NCBI GenBank assembly: GCA_050748045.1
Contig: JBOGIW010000339.1
Span: 1-63,622 of the forward strand
DNA: 63,622 bases
Direction of reading: 5' to 3'
Source of the DNA: Vicinamibacterales bacterium
GTDB lineage: Bacteria; Acidobacteriota; Vicinamibacteria; Vicinamibacterales; UBA2999
Shown here: positions 9,003 to 18,506 of the stretch, piece by piece
Layout of the letters: each line of letters begins with the position of its first letter
Numbering within the stretch: position 1 is the stretch's first letter
Program-made: the position numbers and the translations under genes
The notes under the pieces: generated by a model
The model's input: only the letters and a program-made list of their open reading frames with translations
Told to the model about the DNA's origin: nothing
Database searches by the model: none

Positions 9003-10607
9003 TCAGGCGGGGAGCCGATCGCCGATGTGATGTTTCCATGCCAGATCGTCGCGACCCGGCGCATCGGATCGGAAATGCGCGCCGCGACTCTCGTCGCGCC
9101 GCAGGGCGGCCCGCGCGATGAGGAAGGCGACCGTGACGAGGCTCTCGAGGCGGCACAGCCGGCGTTCAAGCGGCTGCGCGGAGCCGGCCGCGAGCGACAC
9201 CGCTCGCCACCACGGGCCGAGGGCCTCCACGGCGGCTTCCAAACCCGCTCGATCGCGGAGCATCCCCACCTGCCGCCACATCAGGTCGCGGACCTGTGCT
9301 TCCGATGGGATCGCGCCCGGCGCCGGACGCGGAAGATCGCAGGTGCGCGCAGTCCTGAGCGCCGCGGCGCAGCGCGGCTGCATCATCGCCACAGCCGCCC
9401 GGGCGCCGAAGACGAGCCCTTCGAGGAGCGAATTGCTGGCAAGACGGTTGGCGCCGTGCACACCGGTGCACGCCACTTCGCCGGCCGCAAACAAGCCGGG
9501 CACCGAGGTCCGGCCGTCGAGGTCGGTCGCGACACCGCCCATCATGTAATGCGCCGCGGGGCTCACCGGGATGCGATCGCGCGCGAGATCGAGGCCGGCG
9601 CGCCGACAGGCGGCGGCGATCGTCGGAAAACGCCGCACGACGTACTCCGGGTCGAGGTGCTCGAGCACGAGGTAGACGTGCGCACCGGTGCGCGCGGCTT
9701 CGCGAACCATCGCCCGTGCCACCAGGTCGCGCGAGGCGAGATCGCCGGCCGTCTCGTAGCGGTCCATGAAGCGCTCGCCTGCGTGGTTCACAAGGGTGGC
9801 GCCCTCCCCTCGCAGGGCTTCGGAGAGCAGGAACCGGGGCACGCCAGGGGCGCTCATGACGGTCGGATGGAACTGCACGAACTCGAGGTCCGACACCTGC
9901 GCGCCGGCCCGGAGGGCGACGGCGATGCCATCGCCCGTCGCAATCCCGGGATTGGTGGTCTCGCGAAAGACCTGGCCGGCGCCGCCCGTGGCGAGGAGCG
10001 TGGCGCGCGCGGCAGCCACGCGCTGCACACCATGGCCATCGAGGAAGGTGGCGCCCGCGCACGCCCCGTCGGGCACCAGCACGTCCGTCACCAGCGCGTC
10101 GTCGAGGACCCGGATGCGCGGATTCGCGGCCACGCGGTTCCACAAGACGCGGGCGATCTCGCGTCCCGTGGCGTCGCGCGCGTGAAGCACGCGGCGCACG
10201 CTGTGCGCTCCTTCGCGCCCGAGCGCCGGCTGTCCTCCTGGGTCGCGATCGAACGCCGCGCCCCACTCGATGAGCTCGCGCACATAGCCTGGACCTTCGC
10301 CCACGAGCACATGCACGGCGTCCTCGTCGCAGAGGCCGTCGCCGGCGGCGAGCGTATCGCGCGCGTGCAGCGCCGGGGAGTCATCGGGCCCGAGCGCCGC
10401 GGCTATGCCGCCTTGCGCGTAGCCCGTATTGCTTTCGCCCGGTTCCGCCTTGGTGAGCACGATCACGTCGCCGGCATCGGCGAGGGCACTCGCGGCCCGC
10501 AGGCCGGCGATGCCGCTGCCGACGACCAGGAAATCGCCGCTGACGTTCACCGGAGGTATCCTATCAAGGCACCGCGGATCGTGGGCTGCGGATGGCGGAT
10601 CGATCAT
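9003..10607 (-). CDS. nadB: L-aspartate oxidase
   Basis: FAD-binding DFLVVGSGIAGLRAA, followed by NTGYAQGGIAAAL and HYMMGGV motifs typical of NadB. The start is uncertain (GTG 10616, ATG 10607 or GTG 10550). Confidence 0.9.
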   Translation of the reverse strand: MIDPPSAAHDPRCLDRIPPVNVSGDFLVVGSGIAGLRAASALADAGDVIVLTKAEPGESNTGYAQGGIAAALGPDDSPALHARDTLAAGDGLCDEDAVHVLVGEGPGYVRELIEWGAAFDRDPGGQPALGREGAHSVRRVLHARDATGREIARVLWNRVAANPRIRVLDDALVTDVLVPDGACAGATFLDGHGVQRVAAARATLLATGGAGQVFRETTNPGIATGDGIAVALRAGAQVSDLEFVQFHPTVMSAPGVPRFLLSEALRGEGATLVNHAGERFMDRYETAGDLASRDLVARAMVREAARTGAHVYLVLEHLDPEYVVRRFPTIAAACRRAGLDLARDRIPVSPAAHYMMGGVATDLDGRTSVPGLFAAGEVACTGVHGANRLASNSLLEGLVFGARAAVAMMQPRCAAALRTARTCDLPRPAPGAIPSEAQVRDLMWRQVGMLRDRAGLEAAVEALGPWWRAVSLAAGSAQPLERRLCRLESLVTVAFLIARAALRRDESRGAHFRSDAPGRDDLAWKHHIGDRLPA

Positions 10608-11706
10608 GCTCAACACTCAGCGCGACACCCCTGTGCGGCTCGACGTGCGTGCGGGGTCTCGTCCGTCGACGCTCTGGATCGGGGAAGGGGTCAGCACCCG
10701 GCTGCCGTCGCTGCTCGACGAGGCCCGTATCGGCGCGCGGCGCTTCGTCGTCTCGAACCCGACCGTCTGGAAGCTGCACGGCCCGGCGCTTCAGCGAATC
10801 TCGGCCGCGGAGCCCATCCTCATCCCGGACGGGGAGCGGTACAAGACCCTCCAGACGACCGCGCGCATCTACGATGCGCTCATCCGCGCCGAGGCGGATC
10901 GTGCTTGCGCCATTGTCGCGGCCGGCGGCGGCGTCGTCGGAGACGTGGCGGGATTCGCCGCGGCCACCTATCTGCGGGGCATCACGCTGGTGCAGGTGCC
11001 GACGACGCTGCTGGCCCAGGTCGACAGCTCCATCGGCGGGAAGGTCGGCGTCAACCATCAGCTCGGCAAGAACCTGATCGGGGCGTTCCACCAGGCGGCC
11101 CTCGTCGCCATCGATCCGCTGCTGCTGAAGACGCTGCCGCGGCGTGAGTTCCGATCGGGGTTGTACGAGGTGGTGAAGTACGGGATGATCGCCAGCCGGA
11201 CGCTCTTCGACCGGGTCGCGCACGACTCGAAGGCCATCTTCGCGCGCGAGCCGGAGGTGCTCCTTCCCGCCATCGCCGAGTCGTGCCGCATCAAGGCGGA
11301 CGTGGTCGCCTCCGACGAGCGCGAGTCGGGACCGCGGCGCGTGTTGAACTACGGGCACACGATCGGGCACGCCCTCGAGGCCGTCACGAAGTACCGGCGA
11401 TTCCGTCACGGGGAGGCGATCGCCTACGGGATGCTGGCGGCCGCGGACCTCGCCACCGCGCGCGGCGCGCTCGCACCGATCGAGCGGCAGGCGCTGGCCG
11501 ATCTGATTGCGCTCCTCGGACCGCTGCCGGCCATCAACGACCTCTCGGCGGCACAGGTCCTGGAGGCGATCCGCCGGGACAAGAAGGTCGTCGGCGGCCG
11601 CCTGCACTTCGTGATCGCGATTGCCATCGGCGCAACCACCATCGTCGATGATGTGACGGGTGAGGAGCTGACGGCGGTGCTTCGCGCGATGGGGCTGAAG
11701 CCTTAG
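10606..11706 (+). CDS. aroB: 3-dehydroquinate synthase
   Basis: Contains GGGVVGDVAGFAAATYLRGI...VPTTLLAQVDSSIGGKVGVN and HGEAIAYGM motifs. Start at MLNTQRD (ATG 10606). Confidence 0.92.
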   Translation: MLNTQRDTPVRLDVRAGSRPSTLWIGEGVSTRLPSLLDEARIGARRFVVSNPTVWKLHGPALQRISAAEPILIPDGERYKTLQTTARIYDALIRAEADRACAIVAAGGGVVGDVAGFAAATYLRGITLVQVPTTLLAQVDSSIGGKVGVNHQLGKNLIGAFHQAALVAIDPLLLKTLPRREFRSGLYEVVKYGMIASRTLFDRVAHDSKAIFAREPEVLLPAIAESCRIKADVVASDERESGPRRVLNYGHTIGHALEAVTKYRRFRHGEAIAYGMLAAADLATARGALAPIERQALADLIALLGPLPAINDLSAAQVLEAIRRDKKVVGGRLHFVIAIAIGATTIVDDVTGEELTAVLRAMGLKP

Positions 11707-13148
11707 GACTCCGGAATCCCGTATTCTTTCAGCTTCTGGACGAGCGACTTGTAGCTGATTTGCAGGATGTCGGCGGCCCGCTGGCGGTTGTCGCCGGAAT
11801 CGCGGACGGCCCGCTCGATCTTCCGCTTCTCGACTTCCGCGGTGACGCGTCCCATCACCTCGTGCAGCGTGCCGTCCAGGTCGATCTGATCCCACGGGTT
11901 GAGGGGCGGCGGCGCAGCGCCCGGCGGACGGGCCGAGAGGCTCAGGTGGCGCGGCTGAATCGCCTCGCCCTCGCAGAGGATCACCGCGCGCTCGATGCAG
12001 TTCTGCAGCTCCCGCACGTTGCCCGGCCAGGCATACGCCTTCAGCTCCTCGACCGCCGCAAGCGACAGCGCCAGTGACTTCTTCTTCATGTCGCGGCAGA
12101 ACCGCTCGACAAACGTCGTCGCCAGCAGCGGGATGTCGTCGGCCCGCTCGCGCAGGGGCGGAATGGTGATCGGGAACACCGAGAGGCGGAAGTACAAGTC
12201 CTCGCGGAACAGGCGAGCCGCCACGCTCTGCTTGAGATTCCTGTTGGTCGCGGCCACGACGCGCACGTCCACATGCAGCGACTGCGTGCCGCCGACGCGC
12301 TCGAAGCACCGTTCCTCCAGCGCGCGCAGGATCTTCGACTGCAGACCGAGCGGCATCTCGCCGATCTCGTCCAGGAAGAGCGTTCCCCGGTGCGCCACCT
12401 CGAAGCGCCCGGGTTTGCGGGTGTTGGCGCCGGTGAAGGCCCCCTTCTCGTAGCCGAAGAGCTCGGTCTCCAGGAGATTGTCCGGAATGGCCGCGCAGTT
12501 GATGGCGACAAACGGTCCGTCGGCGCGCGGGCTCAAGGCGTGCAGCGAGCGCGCGAAGAGCTCCTTCCCCGTGCCGCTCTCGCCCTCGAGGAGGACCGTC
12601 GCGTCGGTGCCCGCTGCGCGGTGCAGTTGCTGCGTCACCTGCCGCAGCTTGGGATCGTCGCCGATGATGCGCGGCGCGCCACGCCGGGCCGCCATCTCCT
12701 CCTTCAGGAGGAAGTACTCCGTGAGCATCCTGCGCTGCGCGATCGCGCGCTCCACGAGCAGCAGCAGATGATCGGGATCGACCGGCTTGGCGAGGAAGTC
12801 GAGCGCGCCTTCCTTCATCGCCGTCACGGCGTCCTGGATGCTCCCATACGCGGTCATGACGATGACCGGGAGCTCCGGATCGAGCTCCTTCGCCGCCTTC
12901 AGCACGCCGAAGCCGTCGCCGGCCGGCAGCCGCAGGTCGGTCAGCACGACGGCCGGCCGTGCTTCGCGAAGGGCCTCCACGGCCTCCGCTTCGTCACGCG
13001 CCTCGACGACGACGTGGCCCTGCGCTTCGAGCGCATGCCGCAGCATCGCGCGAAGCGAAGCCTTGTCTTCGACGAGCAGGACTGGAAAAGTGGACGGGGA
13101 CGGGGATGCGGATATTCTCGTGGCGGATGCTCGATCCCGACTCGTCAT
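11703..13148 (-). CDS. Sigma-54-dependent response regulator (NtrC family: REC + AAA+ + HTH)
   Basis: REC domain (VLLVEDK...DLRLPAGDG), Walker A GESGTGKE, GAFTGA loop (EKGAFTGA) and a C-terminal Fis-type HTH. Its stop codon overlaps the convergent aroB stop by 2 nt. Confidence 0.9.
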   Translation of the reverse strand: MTSRDRASATRISASPSPSTFPVLLVEDKASLRAMLRHALEAQGHVVVEARDEAEAVEALREARPAVVLTDLRLPAGDGFGVLKAAKELDPELPVIVMTAYGSIQDAVTAMKEGALDFLAKPVDPDHLLLLVERAIAQRRMLTEYFLLKEEMAARRGAPRIIGDDPKLRQVTQQLHRAAGTDATVLLEGESGTGKELFARSLHALSPRADGPFVAINCAAIPDNLLETELFGYEKGAFTGANTRKPGRFEVAHRGTLFLDEIGEMPLGLQSKILRALEERCFERVGGTQSLHVDVRVVAATNRNLKQSVAARLFREDLYFRLSVFPITIPPLRERADDIPLLATTFVERFCRDMKKKSLALSLAAVEELKAYAWPGNVRELQNCIERAVILCEGEAIQPRHLSLSARPPGAAPPPLNPWDQIDLDGTLHEVMGRVTAEVEKRKIERAVRDSGDNRQRAADILQISYKSLVQKLKEYGIPES

Positions 13149-13166
13149 CGGAGGTCCGCTTACCGC

Positions 13167-13703
13167 CTACCGCAACCAGCCGGGAGGCACGCCGGCCTTG
13201 CGCGCCTCTTCCTCGATGTCTCGAATCGCCTGCTCGTAGTCGGCGATTTCCTTGGTGACACGGTCGAGCTCGGCGATCGCTTTCTGGCGGTTGTTGGAGA
13301 GGACCGCGCGCTGCGCCGGATCGTCGCGCGCGGTGAAATCAGCGGTCAAGGCGTTGATACGGCTCTGGAGCGCCTCCTGGAAGGTCTTCGCCCGATCGAG
13401 GGCCTCGCGGGCCTGTGTGATACGGCCGCGCCAGTAATTCTCGTCCTTGCGTTCCTCGTCCGGTGCACCCGGCGTGGGCGTGGGCTGAGCCGCGGGCACG
13501 GGGACGGCCGCAGCCGCCGATGGCGCCGGCGCCGTGTCACCGGGGCCGCCCAGGCTCTCGTTCGTATAGACCTTGCCAGGCCGTGTCACACCCTTGCGCC
13601 GCGCTTCCTCCTTCTTCGCCACCTCCCCGAGCGACTGCGCAACGAGGGAGGAGGCCGACCCGGCCATGAGGGCGGCGACGACCACGATGACGGCGTGCTG
13701 CAT
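13167..13703 (-). CDS. Hypothetical secreted protein with a Pro/Ala-rich linker and a coiled-coil C-terminal half
   Basis: Signal-like N-terminus MQHAVIVVVAALMAGSASSLVAQ. The C-terminal half is heptad-like (RITQAREALDRAKTFQEALQSRINAL...). I recognise no family. Confidence 0.55.
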   Translation of the reverse strand: MQHAVIVVVAALMAGSASSLVAQSLGEVAKKEEARRKGVTRPGKVYTNESLGGPGDTAPAPSAAAAVPVPAAQPTPTPGAPDEERKDENYWRGRITQAREALDRAKTFQEALQSRINALTADFTARDDPAQRAVLSNNRQKAIAELDRVTKEIADYEQAIRDIEEEARKAGVPPGWLR

Positions 13704-13789
13704 GAGTGTAGTGTAGGCCCCGCTCTGTTATCGGCGGCACGGCCGGCCTTCGCCAGTGCGGGCGCCGGGCGCCCCCCTCCACGGGGTCG

Positions 13790-14341
13790 CTACCGCAGCT
13801 CGTGCCATGACAGCCGTCGCAGCGTGTCCCCGTCGCGCCTGACCACGACCTGGACTTCCCGTCGCAGGCCGCCCGGCGTATAGGCATGCGCCAGCGCGGC
13901 AAGCGCGTCAGGTCCCGAGTCCACGGCCGGCGCAACCCACACGATCACATACGCGTTCGAGGTCACCCCCTCGAGCCGCACGAGGTCGCGCAACGCGCCG
14001 TACGCATGGAGCCGCCACCCCGGGTTGTGCGCCGCCTGCGTGAGATCGATGGCACCTGCCGGTGTATCGCGCATGCCGGCCGGCACGCCGTCGGCGAACC
14101 GCGACGTGACGGCGCCTGCAAACAATCCGCTCCAGTCGCTGATGGCACCCACCTCGCTCAGCACCAGCTCGACGGCCGCGTCTGCGGCGTGCAGCGCCTC
14201 GGCCCCGGCCCGGTGGCTGATGGAGATGCGTGTCTCGGCCGCGGCGAGGAGCGCCAGAGCCGTGCCGAGGATCACGAGCAGCAACAACGCCATCAGCGCC
14301 GCCACGAGCGCGACACCGGATTCGTCCAACGCGCTCCGCAT
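13790..14341 (-). CDS. PilX-like minor pilin, second copy
   Basis: MRSALDESGVALVAALMALLLLVILGTALALLAAAETRISISHRAG parallels the pilX N-terminus at 5662..6486. Start taken at ATG 14341. Confidence 0.72.
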   Translation of the reverse strand: MRSALDESGVALVAALMALLLLVILGTALALLAAAETRISISHRAGAEALHAADAAVELVLSEVGAISDWSGLFAGAVTSRFADGVPAGMRDTPAGAIDLTQAAHNPGWRLHAYGALRDLVRLEGVTSNAYVIVWVAPAVDSGPDALAALAHAYTPGGLRREVQVVVRRDGDTLRRLSWHELR

Positions 14342-14342
14342 C

Positions 14343-15080
14343 TCAGCGCTCCAGGTCCAGGTTCCTCGGCGACACATCGAAGGTCAGCTCCTGGTCAGGA
14401 ATGGAGCGCGACGGCGCGCCAGTCCCGGGATTCATGAACAGACGGGATGCCGGGCCACGGAGCCACGCCGCCCCGGCCTGCACGCGCACAGTCACACGGA
14501 TTCTCCGGATGCGGAGCAAGTCGGCGTCGAAGCGCCCCGGGTGCACATCGTCGGGAAGCCATGGTCCATCGGTGAACGTGGCGGGGTCGAGCTCGGCCGG
14601 CCCCTCCGCGAAGTACCCGAACTCGAGCTTCACTACGTGGTCGGCGACCGGCAGGTCCGTCACCGCGCCGTCGTAGTGCATCAACTCGCAGGTCCCGGCG
14701 AGGGCGTCGGCCCTCAGGTAGTAGGTATGTCTCGAGAGCTCCGCGACCGCACCGGGTGGAACGTAGATCACGCTGATGACATCGCGGCGAAACGTGCCAG
14801 GGGGATCCGGGTTCTCGGCGCCGGCCCGATACGGCATCACCGGCGCGAGGTGCCGGTTGAGCGGACCGGCCATCGCCCCCGCCGAGGGGCCCGCGCCCGC
14901 CATGGCCAGCTCTCGCTGGAGCGCCCAGACGCTCACCCGCAACCGCTGCTGAAGGTCCGCCACCTCCGGCTGGGTGTCGAAGAAGGCGAGCGCCCGGTTC
15001 ACCACGCCGGCAACCGCGCTCAACATCGTCACGACGAGCAGCGTCGCGATCAACACCTCGACGGCCGAGAATCCCCTCAT
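14343..15080 (-). CDS. PilW-like minor pilin, second copy (shorter, 245 aa)
   Basis: MRGFSAVEVLIATLLVV...DTQPEVADLQQRLRVSVWALQRELAMAGAG aligns with pilW (NTQPEVSDMQQRMRVGIDTLQKDLVMAGAG). The C-terminal DADLLRIRRIRVTVRVQ is shared too. ATGA overlap with the upstream gene. Confidence 0.78.
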   Translation of the reverse strand: MRGFSAVEVLIATLLVVTMLSAVAGVVNRALAFFDTQPEVADLQQRLRVSVWALQRELAMAGAGPSAGAMAGPLNRHLAPVMPYRAGAENPDPPGTFRRDVISVIYVPPGAVAELSRHTYYLRADALAGTCELMHYDGAVTDLPVADHVVKLEFGYFAEGPAELDPATFTDGPWLPDDVHPGRFDADLLRIRRIRVTVRVQAGAAWLRGPASRLFMNPGTGAPSRSIPDQELTFDVSPRNLDLER

Positions 15081-15478
15081 GGCGCCGCTCCGCGAACGAT
15101 TGCCGTCACGCGAGCCGCAGAACCACCTCCGCTCGCCGGGACAACCGCCTGCACACGCACCTGCAGCACGAATGCATTCGGGGCAGCAGGGACGGGTTGG
15201 ACCGTCCAGGTCCGGCGATAGATGGTGCCGCTTCGGCTGTCGCCGCTGACGACGATGCCGCGCTCGCCGATGGCATCGGTCGATCCGGCGAGGTCGCGAG
15301 TCGCCCGAAGCTCCTCGATCTTCTGCTCCGCGAGGACCGTGGCATGGGTCACGTGTCTTGCGGCAACGCCGGCCGCTGCAGCGGCAGCCATCACATGAGC
15401 GAGCGCGAGAAGACCCGTGGCCAGGAGCCCAGCGGCCACGACGGCTTCGACAAGCGAGAACCCGCGCGCCTCGCGCAT
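15077..15478 (-). CDS. PilV-like minor pilin, second copy
   Basis: MREARGFSLVEAVVAAGLLATGLLAL, then ATVLAEQKIEELRA. pilV has ATVLAEQKLEQLRA at the matching position. Confidence 0.78.
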   Translation of the reverse strand: MREARGFSLVEAVVAAGLLATGLLALAHVMAAAAAAGVAARHVTHATVLAEQKIEELRATRDLAGSTDAIGERGIVVSGDSRSGTIYRRTWTVQPVPAAPNAFVLQVRVQAVVPASGGGSAARVTAIVRGAAP

Positions 15479-15490
15479 GGCATCGGCTGA

Positions 15491-15505
15491 GCAATGCGTG
15501 CGCCA
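15491..15505 (-). promoter_or_regulatory. Sigma-54 type promoter of the second minor-pilin operon
   Basis: The minus strand reads TGGCGC-ACGCA-TTGC. The -12 C is 13 nt from the A of the pilV-like ATG, the same geometry as at 8852..8866. Confidence 0.55.
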
Positions 15506-15573
15506 ACGAGCCAGCCGGCGGAAATCGGCCCGTTTTTCACGGCGCGGGGGCGGTGCCGCAGCCGCGTGTCAAC

Positions 15574-16851
15574 TCAGGTTGGCGCGGCCTCGATCGCGTG
15601 CAGGGGGAGGGTCACGTGCACGCGAGCGCCGCCGGTGGCGGAGCGTCCGATGCTCACCCGGCCGTTGTGGGTGACGACGATCTTCTGCACGAGCGCCAGG
15701 CCGAGCCCGGTGCCCTGCGGCTTGGTCGTGAAGAAGGGGGCGAAGACCTTTTCGGTGTGGCCGGCCGGAATGCCGGGCCCGTTGTCCTCGATCACCACGT
15801 GCGCCAGCCCGCGGGACGCATCGATGGATCCGGAAACGGTCACGTGTGGCGGCACGCCTCCGCCCTCGCAGGCCTCGACGGCGTTCCGCAACAGGTTGCT
15901 GAAGGCCTGCCGCAGCAGCACGTCATCGGCGGCGATGGTGGCGAAGCGGCCCTGAACTTCCAGCCGGCACCGATGGCCGCCTGGCGGCATCACATCCTCC
16001 GACGCGCGCTGCAGTACGTCGTGCAGATCGACGGGATGGAACGTCACCTGCTCGGGCCGCGCGAAGCTCAGGAAATTGGTCACTACTTTCTCGAGCGAGT
16101 CGGTCTCCTGCCGAATCCCCTCCACATACGACCCGTACGGCGCCGGCAGCGCCGTCGGATCGATCAGGCGTCCGTACCCGTGAATCGTCGCAAGCCCGTT
16201 GCGGAACTCGTGCGCGAGGCCGGCGGTGAGCTCGCCGAGCCGCGCGAGCGTCACCTTCAGCCGGAGCTGTTCCTCGAGCTCGACGACGTTGGTCAGATCC
16301 TGGAAGAGGCAGATCACGCCGTGCGGTCCCACGTCCGCCGACCCGAACAACGAGACCGTGACGCCGAGGTGCACGGTCCGCTGCGGCCGCTCGATACGGA
16401 GGGCGCGCCTCAGAATCGGCCGGCCCGTCGTCATGCACTCGTCGATCGCGTCGGCGACGGGCGCGGCCTCGGCCAAAAGCTCACGGTACCCGTGCGGGAG
16501 GGGTCTCTCGGTTGCGCGAAGGAGGCGCCGGCCCGCGGGGTTCAGGATCTGCACGGTCCCGTCGGCGCCGACGACGAGGAGCCCCGCGGTGAGGCTGGCG
16601 ACGATCTGCTCGCTCAGATGCTCCGAGGCGTGGGCGCGCGCGCTCATCGCCTGCTCCTGCGCCTTGAGCTTCTGCAGTGCCTCCTGCATCGCCGACGCGA
16701 CGAACACCCGCTCGGTGTGGCCTTCGCGCAGGCGATGCCGCGCGTCGCGCGCCGCACGGGCGAAGCGCAGCAGGGCGAAGACCAGGACCACCATCATCAG
16801 CACGGCGAGCACACCGGTCAGCAGAACGAGCGCGTAGCCGGTGGAGCTCAT
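15574..16851 (-). CDS. Sensor histidine kinase (TM, coiled coil, PAS-like, HisKA, HATPase_c)
   Basis: H-box LAHEFRNGLATI, N-box NLLRNAVEA, and G-boxes EDNGPGI and GTGLGLALV. One N-terminal TM helix. Confidence 0.88.
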   Translation of the reverse strand: MSSTGYALVLLTGVLAVLMMVVLVFALLRFARAARDARHRLREGHTERVFVASAMQEALQKLKAQEQAMSARAHASEHLSEQIVASLTAGLLVVGADGTVQILNPAGRRLLRATERPLPHGYRELLAEAAPVADAIDECMTTGRPILRRALRIERPQRTVHLGVTVSLFGSADVGPHGVICLFQDLTNVVELEEQLRLKVTLARLGELTAGLAHEFRNGLATIHGYGRLIDPTALPAPYGSYVEGIRQETDSLEKVVTNFLSFARPEQVTFHPVDLHDVLQRASEDVMPPGGHRCRLEVQGRFATIAADDVLLRQAFSNLLRNAVEACEGGGVPPHVTVSGSIDASRGLAHVVIEDNGPGIPAGHTEKVFAPFFTTKPQGTGLGLALVQKIVVTHNGRVSIGRSATGGARVHVTLPLHAIEAAPT

Positions 16852-16855
16852 GGGC

Positions 16856-17620
16856 TCAGTAGTGAGAGAGGTACCAGGCGAGCATCGCGTCGCCGCGGAT
16901 GGCCGCCACGACCGCGCCGGCGGCGAGGAACGTGCCGAACGGCAGCGCGAACCTCCGGCCGTACCCGGCGGCCAGGAACCCGAGCCCCACGACCGATCCG
17001 GCGAAGGAGGCGAGCACGAGCGTCAGCAGCATCAGCTTCCACCCGAGAAACGCGCCGATCATCGCGAGCATCTTCACGTCGCCCATGCCGAGCCCCTCTT
17101 CGCCCCGCAGGCGGAAGTAGGCCTCGGCAATCGCGTACGGCACGGCGCCGCCGAGAACGATGCCGATGAGCGAGTCCACCCACCCGGGCGGGACGAATAC
17201 GCTGAAGAGCAAGCCGATGACAATGCCCGACAGCGTGATGACGTTCGGCAGGAGCTGGTACTCCAGGTCGATCGCGAAGAGGACGATGAGCGAGCAGGCG
17301 AACACGAGACGTGAGAGCCCGAGCGGCGTCGGACCGTATAGCGTGAACAGGGCGGCAAATACGATGGCCGTGCACAGTTCGACGATCGGGTACATCCAGG
17401 AGATGCGCTCGCCGCACATCCTGCAGCGGGCACGCAGGAGCACCCAGCTCACGACCGGCACGTTCTCGTACCACGCGAGGGCACGCCCGCACCGCGGGCA
17501 GCGCGACGCGGGCCACACGATCGATTCCTTCCGCGGCAGCCGGAAAATGCAGACGTTCAGGAAGCTGCCGACCAGAAGGCCGAACAGCGCGGCGATCCAC
17601 GGAGCGGCGTCAGGGCTCAC
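16856..17620 (-). CDS. pilD: Prepilin peptidase / N-methyltransferase (A24 family)
   Basis: N-terminal Cys motif CPRCGRALAWYENVPVVSW...CRMCGERIS and an active-site region GMGDVKMLAMIGAFLGW. Confidence 0.92.
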   Translation of the reverse strand: MSPDAAPWIAALFGLLVGSFLNVCIFRLPRKESIVWPASRCPRCGRALAWYENVPVVSWVLLRARCRMCGERISWMYPIVELCTAIVFAALFTLYGPTPLGLSRLVFACSLIVLFAIDLEYQLLPNVITLSGIVIGLLFSVFVPPGWVDSLIGIVLGGAVPYAIAEAYFRLRGEEGLGMGDVKMLAMIGAFLGWKLMLLTLVLASFAGSVVGLGFLAAGYGRRFALPFGTFLAAGAVVAAIRGDAMLAWYLSHY

Positions 17621-18506
17621 TGGGCGCAGGACGCTCTGGAAGCGGGTAGAGGCGCGAGGAGGGGGAAACCGTCACATTGCCCCACTCTTCGATCACGAAC
17701 GGCGTGCCCGCCGGATCCAGCGGCACGCCCCGGACAAGGCCCGAGTGGACGAGGTCTTCCCACGTCGAGGGCGGGCGGCCGTGCCCGAGCGCAAACGTCG
17801 TGACGATCTGCTCGAGCGCGTCGATGGCGGTGTAGGCCTCGACCTGCAGCAGCCGGAACACGGCCGTCTCGCGCATCCAGTCGGATTCCGCCGTGTCGAT
17901 CATCTGCTGCCAGAGCCGGCGGGAGGCTTCGAGGTCGCCGCCCTCGGCCCGCGTGGTCGCCTCGAGGGCCACGACCCAGGCGGGCGCATCCGGCAGCGAC
18001 GCAGCACGCCTGAACCACTCGGCCGCCGCCTGATAGTCGCGGCGGTACCAGTAGTGAATGAATCCTGCCTGCTGGGCCAGCCGCCAAGCCGTCGGCTGGA
18101 ACTCCATCGCGCGCGCCAGCAGCGTCACGGCGAGATCGGGCCGCCCGGCTCCACCCGGGAACGGCTCGGCGAGGAAGAAGGAGCCGAAGTAGTAGGCGGC
18201 GGTGAAATACGGATCGAGCGAGGTCGTGAGGTCGAGGAGCGGATAGAGCAGGTCGTATCGCCGCTCGCCCATCTCGGCGCGCCGCTGTCCCCCGTAATGC
18301 TGAATCACGCGCATCCAGTAGACGTCGGCGACGAGGGCGTCGTAGGAAAGAGCGGCGCGGTCGAGGAACGTCGCCGATCGCACGTAGAGCTCCCCGCTCT
18401 CGAGCGCGCCAACCGGGCGCCGGCCGTCGAGCCGCGCCTGCACCACGCCCGCGGCGCCGATGAGCGGCGCGATGAGGACGAGCAGGAAGGCGGCGGCGCG
18501 TCGCAT
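17610..18506 (-). CDS. Hypothetical exported helical-repeat (TPR-like) protein
   Basis: Start at MRRAAAFLLVLIAPLIGAAG (ATGA overlap with the permease stop). The protein is rich in W/Y helical repeats. I recognise no family. Confidence 0.5.
   Translation of the reverse strand: MRRAAAFLLVLIAPLIGAAGVVQARLDGRRPVGALESGELYVRSATFLDRAALSYDALVADVYWMRVIQHYGGQRRAEMGERRYDLLYPLLDLTTSLDPYFTAAYYFGSFFLAEPFPGGAGRPDLAVTLLARAMEFQPTAWRLAQQAGFIHYWYRRDYQAAAEWFRRAASLPDAPAWVVALEATTRAEGGDLEASRRLWQQMIDTAESDWMRETAVFRLLQVEAYTAIDALEQIVTTFALGHGRPPSTWEDLVHSGLVRGVPLDPAGTPFVIEEWGNVTVSPSSRLYPLPERPAPSEP

Noticed and set aside
10550-10616. A real 11-nt head-to-head overlap of the nadB and aroB coding regions.
   Set aside because: nadB has an alternative GTG at 10550, only 6 residues before the FAD-binding DFLVVGSG motif. 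That start would leave a normal 55-nt divergent spacer. The overlap may therefore be an artefact of taking the longest ORF.
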